Source: Camelus dromedarius | Lineage: Eukaryota | DNA: 64,000 nucleotides | Direction: 5' to 3' | Assembly: GCF_036321535.1 (NCBI RefSeq) | Contig: NC_087436.1 | Span: 102,364,001 to 102,428,000, forward strand | Shown here: positions 37,891 to 50,950 of the stretch, piece by piece | Numbering within the stretch: the stretch's first letter is position 1 | Layout of the letters: every line of letters starts with the position of its first letter | Notes under the pieces: model-generated | Databases searched by the model: none | The model's input: only the letters and a program-made list of their open reading frames with translations | What the model was told of the DNA's origin: nothing | Translations under genes and position numbers: made by a program

Positions 37891-39340
37891 GCCAGCATTT
37901 CATAGTGTCCTGGGCAACATGCCTTCATCACCGCTTTCAAGAAACTCAATATCCAGTAAAGGACACAATAAGTGTGAGTCATATTCTTAACTCAAATGAT
38001 TACAAAACAATTTTTGCATTGAAAACAGCACCTGCATTAATTTTAAAGATCTTAAAAATGCTATCCTTAAAAAATAAGAATTCTGATGAGTTCATGTTAG
38101 AAAGAAACATTATTGTGAAAGGAAAATCATGATGTACCTAACTTCAGATAAAAACAGATGAAACAAATGAGTTGCCTTCAACCACAGGAATGGTATCATT
38201 ATGACAAAATTCAAAATTGAATGAACTGAAAAATGAACAAGACCCACCATGAAAAGTAGGTTGAAAGGGATAAACTCATATTGATAGAAATAAGTGGTTT
38301 ATGTTTTTGTGGCACAAACATACATGTAGAATAAAATTATTTATCAAAAATTTCCTAAGCTATTGTGTATTCTTAGTATTATGAAACTTGTTTTCCAGCT
38401 GAAATGATGTTTGAAAAACAATATACAGAATTATCTGAAAAGCCAGACATTGCATCTGTGTATATTTTAATCCACTGTTATAGTCTGGAAGATGCAGTGT
38501 TCTGTCAATTTTTTAGAGAAGGAGAAATGATATGAGATACAAAATGATTTTGTTAAAGAATCCAATATATGTCTGCTAGGTATCCCCTCAAATAATTGCA
38601 TGATGTTCTTGGTTAGCTCTAAACTCTTTTCTCTCATTCTCAAATGGTATAGACCCTGAAGAACTAAAAACACACAAGTCCTAAAAATGAGTGATTCCCC
38701 TTGCTGTAGGATTTTTCTTCTAAGTGAATTTCTATCCTAGCTTATGACCTTAAAAATCATAGCTATATTAAGGAAGTAAATCTAGAAGGATAGCCATAGT
38801 TAGAAACACTGAGTTACTTAAGGGCAATTGTGTTTGAAACGGGATTCTCTGTCTGTCATTGTTTCTAGGCTAACAGCATATACTGTGTAGACTTCCATAG
38901 AGATTATGAATCCAAATGTGCTAACGTAATCTACCTTGTCATGCACTGGTACCAGGTCTAATTAGGGAGTGTGAAGATTTGGTGTGAAATACAGTATAGT
39001 CCTTCAATTTATAAAATTAATCTACAAATGTAGTTATAAGATCATACCTTCCTTTCAAATTCTCTACGTATCTATATCTGATTATTTTAAAAAGATATAT
39101 AGTAATGGAAAATCTATAGGTGGTTGAATGGGTAACAATAAGATGATATGGTGGATTTCACATCTACTGCTAACCATTAAACAGAAATAGAAAAGTTCTA
39201 TTAGCTAATTGCCTATAGAGTGGTCCTGTTTGTGTAGATAAAAGTTAAAGTCAGAAAGTTTTACATCTAGAACTGAAAAATACCCATTTACTTGCTTAGC
39301 AATAATAATGAAAAATAAATTATTAATTCATTTCTACATT

Positions 39341-39778
39341 TTTGATTGACATATAATTATTTACAATGTTATGTTAGTTTCTGGTGTAAAGCATAGTGAT
39401 TCAGTCATACATACACACACACACGTTCTTTTTCATTATAGGTTATTATAAGATACTGAATATAGTTCCCTATACTATACTGTAGGAACTTGTTGTTTAT
39501 CTATTTTATATATGGTAGTTTATATCCATTAATCCCAAACTCCTAATTTATCCCTCCTTATCCCCTGTTTCACCTTTGGTAACTGTAAGTTTGTTTTCTA
39601 TGTCTGTGAGTCTGTTTCTGTTTTGTAAAGAAGTTCATTTGTGTCACTGTTTAGATTCCACATCTATGTGATATTTGTCTTTCTCTGACTTACTTCACTT
39701 AGCATGATAATCTCTAGGTTTATCCATGTTGCTGCAAATGACATTATTTCATTCTTCTTTAGGGCTGAATAGTATTCT

Positions 39779-39818
<40 letters not shown>

Positions 39819-39863
39819 CCACATCTTCTTTATCCAGTTGGCTGTTGATGGACATTTAGGTTG
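39341..39863 (-). mobile_element. 5'-truncated, relatively young L1 3' end containing a (TG)n repeat at about 39782-39815
   Basis: tacaatgttatgttagtttctggtgtaaagcatagtgattcag; ORF 39664-39855 ([31 protein letters not shown]) is the ORF2 end; flanked by ctacatt at 39334-39340 and 39864-39870. Confidence 0.93.
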
Positions 39864-40269
39864 CTACATTATTTCTCCATTATTATGTGGTTCTATAAAC
39901 TACTCTTCATGCTCTTAGAGTTACATTCATGAACACGAGAATCTTAATATCCCTGTTTATATTATGTGATTATGTAATTTCCTCAAACACTAAATATTGA
40001 CTAGCATATTTATAAAATTATCATTTGTGAAAAACATTTAGAAAACTTACTATTTTGCAAGACATACGGAGGGAGTGAGAGAGAAAGAGGAAAAGATTTT
40101 TGTTGCTAGAGAAGTCCCAACATGGCAAGAGACAGAGACACCTTAGGAATAAATTCAATATTGGGCTATAATAATTAAGAGTATGTTTATGTTGAATCTC
40201 CTTGGCTTTAAAATTTAAAAAAAAATTGTACCTTAATTTATTAAAAGCTTCCTATGCCTCAGGAATGCT

Positions 40270-40465
40270 GTTAGAATGTTTAATACATAATCTCTCTTAA
40301 TGCTTAAAGCCATGAGAACAATGAATGATTATACCCATTTCAAAGACAAGTAAAATGAGGTTTAAAGAGCTAAAGTATGTTAACTAAGGCTTAATAGTCA
40401 GTAGGTATCCGAGTTGGAATTTGAACTTCAGGCTATCTGACAATAAAGCTTATGCTCACAATACT
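40270..40465 (-). mobile_element. MIR SINE
   Basis: attatacccattttcaaagacaagtaaaatgaggtttaaagagctaaag...ggaatttgaacttcaggctatctgac. Confidence 0.75.
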
Positions 40466-43387
40466 CCTATCATTGATTATTCTCTTTTAGTTTTGGACAA
40501 ATAAATGAAGTTAAATTTCTGATGAAGATAATTGATGTCTTCCTGTTGTTATGGAGTGGTGGGATCACATATTTGCTACAATAAAACTGCCTCTGAGGCA
40601 GAGATACAGAGAAATAACTGAGTACCAAATTTTCTGTACAAAATTTAAGATCATCCTCTGAAAGAAGAAAATCTAAATTCAAATACAGGTGTGAGAGCCT
40701 CCCAACCTATCTGATGAAGACATGTTGTTAATCAAGAGTGCTGAGGGAATGGTTAAACCACAAGCCAGTTGGAACAGTGTCTGAGCACGTGCAGCAGTGC
40801 CTGACAATGAACAGGACTTATTTCAGAAGTTTCTGATTATCCTGAATACAGCTCCTTTCCCAAGTAGATTTTTTGGATTCAAATTTCTAATGCTGCTGTA
40901 GTTTTCCATAGACATAAACACTGCACATGGCAAACACGTAAGGTCCATTTAGCTGAACAGGGGTTCTTTTGTTTGCTTACCAATTATTTCAGATAAATTC
41001 CTGGAAAGGTAAAAGAATCTCTGACACACGTTTGCTCCCAATCCATCTTTATGATCTTTTTGGAGCTATTTGTCCTTATCATTTAATAGGGTCAGTGTCC
41101 AAAAGTAAATTAAAATTGCCAGTGGCTTCCTCGTTTTTAAACATAAATGTCTGGGTCAGTCTATTATCAATCTAAATCAGGAGATTTGAGCCTTTGTACA
41201 AGGCACTGCAGTGTTTGCTCTTGTAAAAGGAATAATGTTTCTCTGATGTCAACCATACTCTCTGACTCCTGCAGTCTTAAAATAGGATATTATTCATTCT
41301 ATTTCCTGTTCACGATTTTTAACAATGATAAGGATTCACCCAAACTGATCAGACACTGCAATGAGAAGAGAGAATTCTGCCAAGGAACTTTACCTCTCAC
41401 AGCAGGCTTCAAACACACTACACACTTGAAACTGTTTCCTGACAGGATTGAATACAACTGATGGAGAAAGACTTACTCTGATGGCTTAGGACATTTTCCT
41501 TAAGTATTGCAACCCAGACGCTGTACACTCTCTAAATTATCATGTATACTAACACAATGGTTAAATAAATTGCCCTGACTTTCTCTCAAGTCCCATCTCA
41601 ATTCTCAATGTTAAAACAGCCTGTGAGGTGCTGATGGTGTGCATGTGTGTGGACATGATCTTACACACCCACATGAAAGGAAAACAATGTTAAACCAGCA
41701 AAGCTGAAAAGGAAACAGGGAGTGACGGATTTATATTTTCATGCATTTTATATTTTGTTAACTTGAGCTTCCAAAGATCAACGAACTTCCTACTCTCACA
41801 AAAAGGGACAAATTATTGAACATAAATGTGAGTGGGTAAATTTCTTGGGAACTATCATAACCCAACAAAGGAAATACCTGTAAGTCACTACAAGTGTTTT
41901 ATTTTATTATTTTTTTGCAGGTGTGTTTTACAGGATCTTTGTGTGGATATACTATTACACGATTAGAATGATATTATTCCCTTCCAGGATCATTATTTTT
42001 TGTCCTTTTCACGTGACCATACTTTCAATAATTTACAAACAATTTAATAACTCCACAAATCCTATGTGAAAAATCTGAGCATATAAGCACGATATACAAG
42101 TGTCCTCAATCTGGCTGAATGGAAAGAGGTTGAATATTGAATCAGACAGAATTAGGTTTAAATCTAGTGTTGATATTTAATGAAAACTGACCTTGAAAAA
42201 ATGACATAATGTCCTTGGGTCTTAGGTTTATTATTTATAACACAGGCTGCAAAATTCTCTGTATAGGATTCTTAGAGACAGCACATCTGACACAAATCCC
42301 CTTTAAAATTGTTTACTTTTTCTCACTGCTGCTGCTGCCACTCCTGGACTTTTGTTTAGCTCCCAGTCTTAGTCTCCAATGCTCTATATTCTAACAAACA
42401 ACTAATGTATTTTCAGGAACACGCTGAATGTTTCCATGTGTCTCTGAAGTTACTCTACTTTCTTCCTTGGGTGAAACAGCTTTCATTGTCTAGTAACCTC
42501 TACTTTTCCCAATGTCAAAAAACAAACACCAGTCCTTCAATGAAATTTTCTTGAATCTGCAAATGTAAGTAATCACTTTCTTTTAATTATTCCCATAGCA
42601 TTTTAAAATACCTTTACTATACCACTTATGGTATTACCAAAACAAAGTTTTTTTTTTTAATTTTCATTCCAAGATCTCCAGCTATAAAGTGAATTTGAAA
42701 CATTGAAATAGGATTTTTTTATGTTTTAATTTTTAGTTTAACAAAAAAAATCTCTTGTACTAAGAAGAAACTCTATTTTTGTGTTTGTTCACTCAATAAC
42801 AAAGTTATCGAGAATAAGCAGATTATTTAAAATAGTTCGTTACCCATAATTTATGTGGATCTTCAATGCTATTGTCTTTTTCAAAATTTTTTTAATGAAA
42901 CAACTTCAGAACAATGTACAAAAAGTGGAAAACATTGACTAAAGCTTGCTTCTCAGTTTTCTACATTTAATGGTGAATATCTAGCTCCTAGTTTTGAATA
43001 AATCATTGAATACTGTAATTTCCTGTAAATTGTATGAATACCTAATGAATTTAAATCTGAAAAAAATCAATTTTGGTTTACCTTCTTCTGAATTTTCTGA
43101 TAAGTAATTGGTACCTCTTAGTTTGCTTTTGTTTCTAATATTACTTGGCATCCTCTCTATTGGAAGAGCTCTCAGTTCTGAGAGAAGACCATTCTTCGTT
43201 TCAATAACAGAGTAAATAGATAATAAATCCGTTTTTCATTGTTCTGCATGGGTAATTGTCCTTTGGTTAACTTCCTAACCCCTGGAAATGGGTAAAGATA
43301 TTTTCTGTCATTTGTGTTCCTAGGCAATGTTACTTTTGTTAAAAAACTACACCTGGACTGGGAGAGCTCTAAACTCTCCTAGTCCAG

Positions 43388-43935
43388 TCAAATGATTTAG
43401 CAAATCTTGAAACAAAACTAGAGGCTTTAGTTATATGATTGATTTCTCTCCAAGATTTTCTTTTAGATTTCATATTTTCTACTGATTATAAGTATTATAA
43501 GTATATACTTTCAGTTTTGAAGAAATTTAACATATGAACACTTTTTAAATGTATCCTCAATGTTAATATCTGTTAGTTGAACATCCACTCTTATGGTTTC
43601 TAAGCGTTAAAACTTTCGATATATTTTCCAGCTTTTGTTATTCAAATGACATGTAAAGGGATAACACAATGATTAAAATATAGTAATTTTATCTGAAAAA
43701 ACAATTTTGAATTTACTGTTAAAAATGTCTCTCTCAAAAATTATTTTACGCTATTACAAATTATTTGGATATTTAAATGAAAGTATTAGACCCTGAGCTT
43801 TTTTATTTTAATCAAATGATTTAGCAAATCCTGAAAAAAAAAAAAAAGAGTTTCAGTTATATAACTGATTTCTCATTCAATAATTTCTTTTAGTTTTTAT
43901 ATTTTCTCAGTTTTCCAAAAGCAAGTATTATATAT
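43388..43935 (+). repeat. diverged direct repeat, two copies of about 120 bp, 424 bp apart
   Basis: tcaaatgatttagcaaatc at 43388 and 43812, each followed by alignable agttatat..tgatttctc..tttcttttag.ttt.atattttc..aagtattata. Confidence 0.85.
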
Positions 43936-44589
43936 ATAATTAAATTATTTTGTTTTAAATATACAAGACAGATTCTTTCAATTGTTTTAAGAAATACAAT
44001 ACTCCTTAAAAAAAAAAGAATAAAATACTCCTTTAACCAAGGTAAGTTACATCCTTCTTTTGGAGAATAACTGTCTTAACTGCCCGAATCTATGACTCAG
44101 TGAGAGAAAAATATTTCCACTGCTTTATTTTTCTAACAAATGAAGTTGAGTAATCAAAGAATTTGGTCTTCTTAATGGGAGGTGGAGGAAATTATTTCTT
44201 CTCGGAAGTATATATTGTTATGCAACACTGATAAAAATGCTAAATATTTTGAGACTTGTAATGGAAGTTCTATGCCCTGTCAAGTTCAAAATTAGTGCTT
44301 CAAAATTCCTTCTTTCTACTGTAATATTTACTATTACAATGTTTGTACTGATTTATGCTGTTCTCATTTTCCAGTAATGAACTGTGTAAAATTTCTTCTT
44401 GATAATTTTTTCAATAAGGAGCCATTTGAAATGGAAGTTCTAATTTCTCCCACTTCTAGTAATGAGACTGTAAGGCTAGAGCAATCAGATAACTAATCTC
44501 CTAAAGTCCAGTAACATGTGTTCAGCATTGAATGCTTCTTATCTGCCTATTTTCCACATGGAAGCAAAGGGAGGTCACACAGAAATTCA

Positions 44590-44740
44590 ACAAACAGGTG
44601 AGGAGGGTCTTATGACAAATTTGCAGATAAAGAAAAAAAGATTTTATAAATTCAGAAATTTGTCCTGATCACACGACTCAGTAAGGAGGCAAACCAGTAT
44701 TTGAATCCAGGTAGTTTTATGATAAACTACATATTTTCCA
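44590..44740 (-). mobile_element. MIR fragment
   Basis: atttgcagataaagaaaaaaaga...tgtcctgatcacac...ggcaaaccagtatttgaatccagg. Confidence 0.6.
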
Positions 44741-44811
44741 ATGAATCCATAATACATGAGCGAACTGTTGGATTTAAAAAACAAACTTGTTTTCCAAATT
44801 TAATCTTAAGA

Positions 44812-44968
44812 AATTAAGTGTGGTAAAAACACACCATAAAATTGATCATCTTCACTATTTTTAGTGTACAGTTTAGCAGTGTTCGACATATTCATACTTC
44901 TGTGAAACAGATCTCCAGAACGTTTTCCTCTTACAAATTCAAAATTCTATACCTATTAAACAATTGCC
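44812..44968 (-). mobile_element. short L1 3' end (L1MB-like tail)
   Basis: tgtggtaaaaacacaccataaaattgatcatcttcactatttttagtgtacagtt...ctccagaacgttttc. Confidence 0.75.
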
Positions 44969-45099
44969 AAAAAACATTGTTGAAGTTTGAGGTATACAAT
45001 GTGAGGATATGATACACATATCAAATGCATGCATACACATATATATTGTGAAATGATTACTATCATAGTATTAGTTACTATATCCATCTCCTCACATAG

Positions 45100-45130
<31 letters not shown>

Positions 45131-45470
45131 ATGAGAACATTTAAGATCTACTCTCTCAACAAATTTCTAGTATAGAATACAGTATCCTTAACTATAGTCA
45201 CCATCCTATACGTTAGATTCCCTGAATTTATTCATCTTTTAGCTGAAAGTCTGCACCCTTTGACCAATATCTCCCCATTTCCCCCATCCTCTGACCCTTG
45301 GCAACAACTAGTCTACTCCCATGTCTATGAGTTTGGCCATCTAGAATCCACGAGTAAGTGACATCATACAATATTTGTTTTTCTCTCTCTGACATATTTC
45401 ACTGAGCATAATGCCCTTATGGTTCAACCACGTTTTTTCAAATGGCAGCATTTTCTTCTTTTTATGGCTG
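44969..45470 (-). mobile_element. L1MA9-like 3' end containing a (TG)n repeat at about 45103-45130
   Basis: gtgaaatgattac, gagaacatttaagatctactctct, aactatagtcaccat, ccctttgaccaatatctcccc, tttcactgagcataatgccc. Confidence 0.88.
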
Positions 45471-46480
45471 ATTTCTGTTTGGTCTTTTTTATAGATATAT
45501 TCCTATCTCTTTGTTGACATTCTCCTTTTATTCATGAATTGTTTCACTGATTCCATTTAGTTGTTTTCTCTTTTAGCTCACTGAGCATTTTTATGACAGT
45601 TATTTTAAATTATTTTGCATGCAGCTAGCAGATTTTTTCTTCAGAGCCACTTTGTGAAGTTTTATTTTGTTTCTTTGATTGGGTTATGTTTCTATTTCTT
45701 TGAATACTTTGTCTTTCAATTGAAGTATAGTTGATTTACCATGTTATATTAGTTGCAGGTGTACAGCACAGTGATTCAGTTATACATACATATATATATA
45801 TATTTATATTCTTTTTCATTATGTAATTACAGTTTATTGAATATAGTCCCCTGTGCTACACAGTAGGACCTTGATGTTTATCTATTCTGTATATAGTATT
45901 TTTTAATTTTTTGCTGGGATGAGGGCATTTGAAAAAACAGCCACCTCTCTCAGTCTCTGAGTCTGCAGTTTCCTTCTGCAGGGAAGACCTAGGATCTCAC
46001 AAAACTTTTCTGGTATTTTCCTCCCCGCACTGTCTGCCTGCAAAACAACAGTTCTAATGCTGTAGAAGTGCTATTCTGTGTTCAGCAACTTCCAAACTCC
46101 TACCACTCCTGCCTGTGCTCTGAGCCAGGTGAGACAGCAACCATCTCTAGGGCTGCCCCTGGATGAGCCAGAGCATTGGACACTGGACCCACTCTTTAGC
46201 TCCCATCCTGAAGGAGGAGCCCCAGTATGAAGGGTTCCTTCTGGTTCCTCTGCTGCATGAGGAGAAGGGCATGCATGAGTATGCAGATTCAGATAATATT
46301 CCTAAACTTTTGCTGGGCTTCCTTCTTGGTTTTGAAATGGTCTGAGTGCTGTAGCTTCCTAGCAGGTCTCTGGAGTTCCCACATAGGTTTCTGGTCCATA
46401 TAGTGTTGTTAACTTGGTGTGTCTTTGAGGAAAGAAGGGCCTATAGCTTCCTAGCCTGCAGTCTTTCTGATATCTTCCCC
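45471..46480 (-). mobile_element. L1 5' UTR and start of ORF1 (L1M2/L1M3 5'-end-like)
   Basis: atttctgtttggtctttttt, tttagctcactgagcattttta, gcatttgaaaaaacagccacctct; terminus gcttcctagcctgcagtctttctgatatc resembles the reverse of the L1 5' start GACGTCAGCAAGATGGCGG. Confidence 0.65.
45715..45900 (-). mobile_element. short younger L1 3' end nested in the L1 5' segment
   Basis: attgaagtatagttgatttaccatgtt...ggtgtacagcacagtgattcagttatacata...atagtcccctgtgctacacagtaggacc; same tail type as the 39341 copy. Confidence 0.85.
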
Positions 46481-49400
46481 CCAAATATATATTTTTGAAC
46501 AGCAAGTTGATTAAGTACTATGTCAACTCCTACAGGGGATGTATATTATCAGTTCTTCAAAATAATATATTGTCTATTGGAGTCTTTACAAATAATATAT
46601 AATCTCAGTCATCTAAATAAATAACCATGAAAGTTTGCTAAAAAGAACTAGAAACACTAATATAGTTTTTAAAATAAGATGATTACTCATGAGTAGAAAA
46701 TCACAGATCTTTTCATGGAAGGGAAAAGAGAAAAATAAACAATTCAACAAGTTTCATGGCAGGATGAAGTTAAGGGAAGACTGTTTCAAATGAAAGTTCA
46801 AAGGTGAATAAAGGCACTGATGCAGATATATGAAAGCCAACCTTACTGAAAAATAATGATTAATCAACTTGATGCGTACTATGAATTTATAAGAAATAGA
46901 AAGAGAAGAAAAACAAGGATTTATATTGTAAATATATCAGACTAAGAAGTTTAGATAATATCTTTTAGTAAATTTTAAAAGCAGTAAGATTTAGTGATTG
47001 AGTGCAAGACTGAGATAGGAGGTCTATGAAGTTAGGATAATTTTATTAATAGTATTTGCAGAACAGTGAAAACTAATAGATTTGTAGCTGGAATCACTTT
47101 AGTAGTAATAAGAGGCACAAGTAGAAGGAATTTTCTTTCTCTCAAAAACTAAAGTACAAAATAGACATTATGCTATGAACTGCATGAGAAATCATGCTAT
47201 TTCCATTTTGCTTTTTTTGGTTATATTAAAATGCTGAGGAAATTGATATATGAGCTTCAAATTTGCAGGTAAAAATATAAATTGGTGACAAATACGCTTT
47301 TTTGGACAAACTTCATCATGATTCCTCATATTTGTTAATTCTGCTGAAATAATTTTAATTGATCAATTCCATTGAAATGATTACTTATTCAAACCATTGT
47401 CTTGGTCAGAAAATTTTTGCACAGTGTCAGGCAGGCAGAAAATGTGGTTAAATTGTAATTATCTGCATCTCAAACTTGCACAAATACTTTTTTTCCTCAT
47501 TAGAGAGTTGACTAGAAATTCTCAAGTTATGATTTTTTGCAACATTTCTCTTTTTCGTATTCCCTGTATCTGTCATCTTCTTTATTCTCCAAACTTTTGG
47601 AAACAAGACACTCAGAGTAATTTTATGAATTTTTTAAGTTCAGTGAATTTTTCTTAAAATTAAGCAATTGTTTTGAAGTTCCATCTACTGTTTCAAAAAA
47701 AGTACTTTTCAATAAAAATTTTAGAAACTAATAAATCCTTAAGAAATATTTGTAATAAACTAAAACAAAACAAGTGCCACATAGGGCTGTCTATAATATT
47801 TCAGCTTTATTAAAGTTATATTAATATGAAGTTCCATTATTTTGATATTTACTCCTCACTGTGTTGACAGATCCAAATCAATGCTCAAATGTCAATTAAT
47901 GCATAAACTAGAGGTAGACAATTATGTTAAATTATTTTTCTTTTCATTTTGTTAAATCTGAATTTAACAGGATTGTGTTAATATAAACTTTTTAAAAAAT
48001 TGTGTACCTAGACTATTTTAAATGGGTAATTTTCATTTATGAACTTTTTCTTTTCTTCTTTTGGGCTATATAGTTTTCTCATATATGTTATAAATACATC
48101 AATACATTGCCATGCTCAAGGAGTAGCATTTGGTATGTTAGTAACTTTTGCAAAGAGTAGCATCTCCATGAGTTAAATGTATGAGACACTGAATATAGGA
48201 TAAAAACATAGCATAGAATCTGCTAATTTTATATATTTTCCAAGTTAATGATAATCAGTTGTTCAAATATTGAAAGCAGAGATGGAACTGAGTGCTAAAG
48301 AACAATCACATATTTGATCCCTTCATTTGTGTAATGATATTGTGAAACATATTAATAAATTTCCATCATGGAAAGAATGGAAAGTATTTGGCCATGAAGT
48401 TAGAACTGTGAAAATCTTAACCAAATTTATGAAACTGTAAGTATTTATAATTCTTTAGCTAAGGTTGTCTTAGGTAAACATAATTTTGTGATATGTTGAA
48501 TTTTGAATAAAAACTCTAAAATGGTTATTATTAGTAGTAGTATTATACCCCTGTATCTCCCCTTAAAATAATTTACTAATCAAACTGTTTCTAATGTAGT
48601 ATTTAGTAATCTAGCTTATGTTTAGGAAACATATAAAATTACAAAATATAGCTTTTGTTCAAAATGGAAATATCACTGAGTTCATCCTACCTACAAGTAC
48701 AATAATTTGATCTTTTAGTTAGCTTATTTTTTGTTAATCATTCCTAGAAAATTCCCATTGAGTTTTATTTATTGTTGAAAATTGCTTATCTACTCCCATT
48801 ACTACCCTCATAAGCTCATAAAAAACTAGGTGCCACCAAAAGGAGACAAGTTTCATAAGTGAATGAATGCACCTGAAAGACACATCATGGGTGTGTCAGG
48901 GACAGGTCTACAAGATGTCCAGTTTTACTAATCCTTTAGCTTTCCTGTTTGAAGTAACTAGTCATGCTGGCTAACAGAGAGGTGAGCCACTCTTATTTTT
49001 CTTGCCTTTTCCCATAGGCTTCATGGGCTCTTTTTTATTCTGGCAAATCACTTGCATCTTTGCTGCTGTAGACATGCTGATAACTGCTGCTCTGTCATGT
49101 GTGTGACGCCATCAGACTTGGACCTCAGCTTTCCTATTTAACAGCAAAATAGAACTGCTTGTATTGTGCATACTACTGGATTAATCTTACATAGCTGAGG
49201 CCAAATTTTATTAATTGTCTCAATCTGATCCAGACCTGCAAAAACGATTTTCTTCACTTAGATAGCAAATTGCCGGATTCCATCAACTGTGGTGTGGAAA
49301 TGGTGCAGGAGGCAGAATCCTAGATTATAACAGACCTAGATCACAGCCTCCAAACTCATAAAACAATTTTCCAAACATGATGTTTCCTGAAACTTTATGT

Positions 49401-49904
49401 GTCATTCTAAATTCTTTCTAGAATCAAGGATCACTGATTTTAATATAGCTAAAACATGTGTGGGCAAACTGAATAAGGGAAGTGTGCTAGTGATGGCATT
49501 AGTCCCCTCTTTTGTTCTCTATTTGTAGTTGAGAATGACCCCAATGTCCAATGGAAAAGGACACTTAAATTATACCCTGCTGGAAGATTAGCTCTAAATA
49601 TCCCTAAGAAGAAGAAGTTATCAAAATCCAAGACAATATATAGTAATTATTCATTACTTACTTTAAAAATGTCATATTGAACCTAATTACTTTAAATTCC
49701 AAAACTTCATTATCACTAAGAGTTATACTTATTTCAATATATAAAAATTGCTAAAATTAATTAGCTATTTCAAATGACAACAGCAAATATAAAACTGTGT
49801 GTCTATGTAATGATTTACTTTCTGCTCTCTCATTATTATAGATTTATTGTCATTTATTGATTTCCACTTTTCCTATTAATACATGTCTCATGGACTCCTA
49901 TATT

Positions 49905-50950
49905 GAAAAATAATTTTTATTATAAAAATTTTAAACATATGCATAAATGGAGAGTATTTTAAATGAACTTCCATAGTTTTAATTCAAAGACATTTTTTTT
50001 CTTCTCTACCCTCACTGGATTTGCTCTAAGCAAATTCTCAGACCTTGTGTCATTTTACCCATAAATATTGTAAAATACATGTTTACAACCAAAACTCATT
50101 AAAAAATAACAACCATACCACTGTTAAAACTTCAATATACTAAGAATTGCTTAATATCATCAAATAAGCAGTCAGTGATCAACTTTTCTCATTATCCTAT
50201 AAATGCTTTTTTAAAAAATGTTGATTTACTAAAGTCAGGATGGATGCATACATTGGATGAATTATATCAAGAAAATCTCTTAACCTATAAATAACTCATA
50301 ACCCCCATTTTTATTTTCCTTGCAATCTACTTTTTAAAGAAACTCAATCATATTTCCTGTGGAGCTAGAATATTCTGGATTTCACAAATTATTTTCCCAT
50401 TAGGTCATTTAACAAGTTCTCCTGGCTACTATATTTCTGTGAAATGGTTAGGTAGTTAGACCTAAAAGCTTGATCGTGCTAAGCTGGATTCGTTTTGTGT
50501 GTGTGGAGGGCAGCAGTGGGGAGAGGGTTATAATACTTCCTGGTAATGTTGTGTATGTACTTCCATCGTAAGACTCATAAAGTCCAGTTGTCTCTCTGTG
50601 CAATATTAGTCACCACCATGCCCATTGCCTCGATCCGTAGATCTGTTATTTCTCTAGAGGTCTGAAAAAATCATAGTCTAATTTTATCATTTTCCTTAAT
50701 TTCTAAGCTAAAGAGTGAGTTTCCTACCATCAAGTATTCAGCTACACTTAGGTACAGATTGTGGAGGAAAGGCAGTGAAATGCCTGACTTCCCCATTTTC
50801 CCTTATTTATCAATTTAGAATATGATTTGCTGACTCTGCATATTTAAAGATTAAAATTTATTTTAATATGTAATCATCATTATAAAATCATAAATTTTTA
50901 ATTTATATGTTTCAATTAATTTTAGCCATTATTCTTAATAGTGCTTAGTA
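49905..50950 (-). mobile_element. old L1 3' UTR fragment (L1MC4/L1ME-like)
   Basis: tttttattataaaaattttaaacatatgcataaa, aagcaaattctcagac, cttaatatcatcaaata, aggtacagattgtggaggaaaggcag. Confidence 0.6.

Noticed and set aside
41895..41995. Stacked acceptor-like sites (ttttttgcAG|GTGTGT, ttttacAG, cccttccAG)
   Set aside because: No good downstream donor or recognisable peptide, and T-rich sequence generates such sites often.
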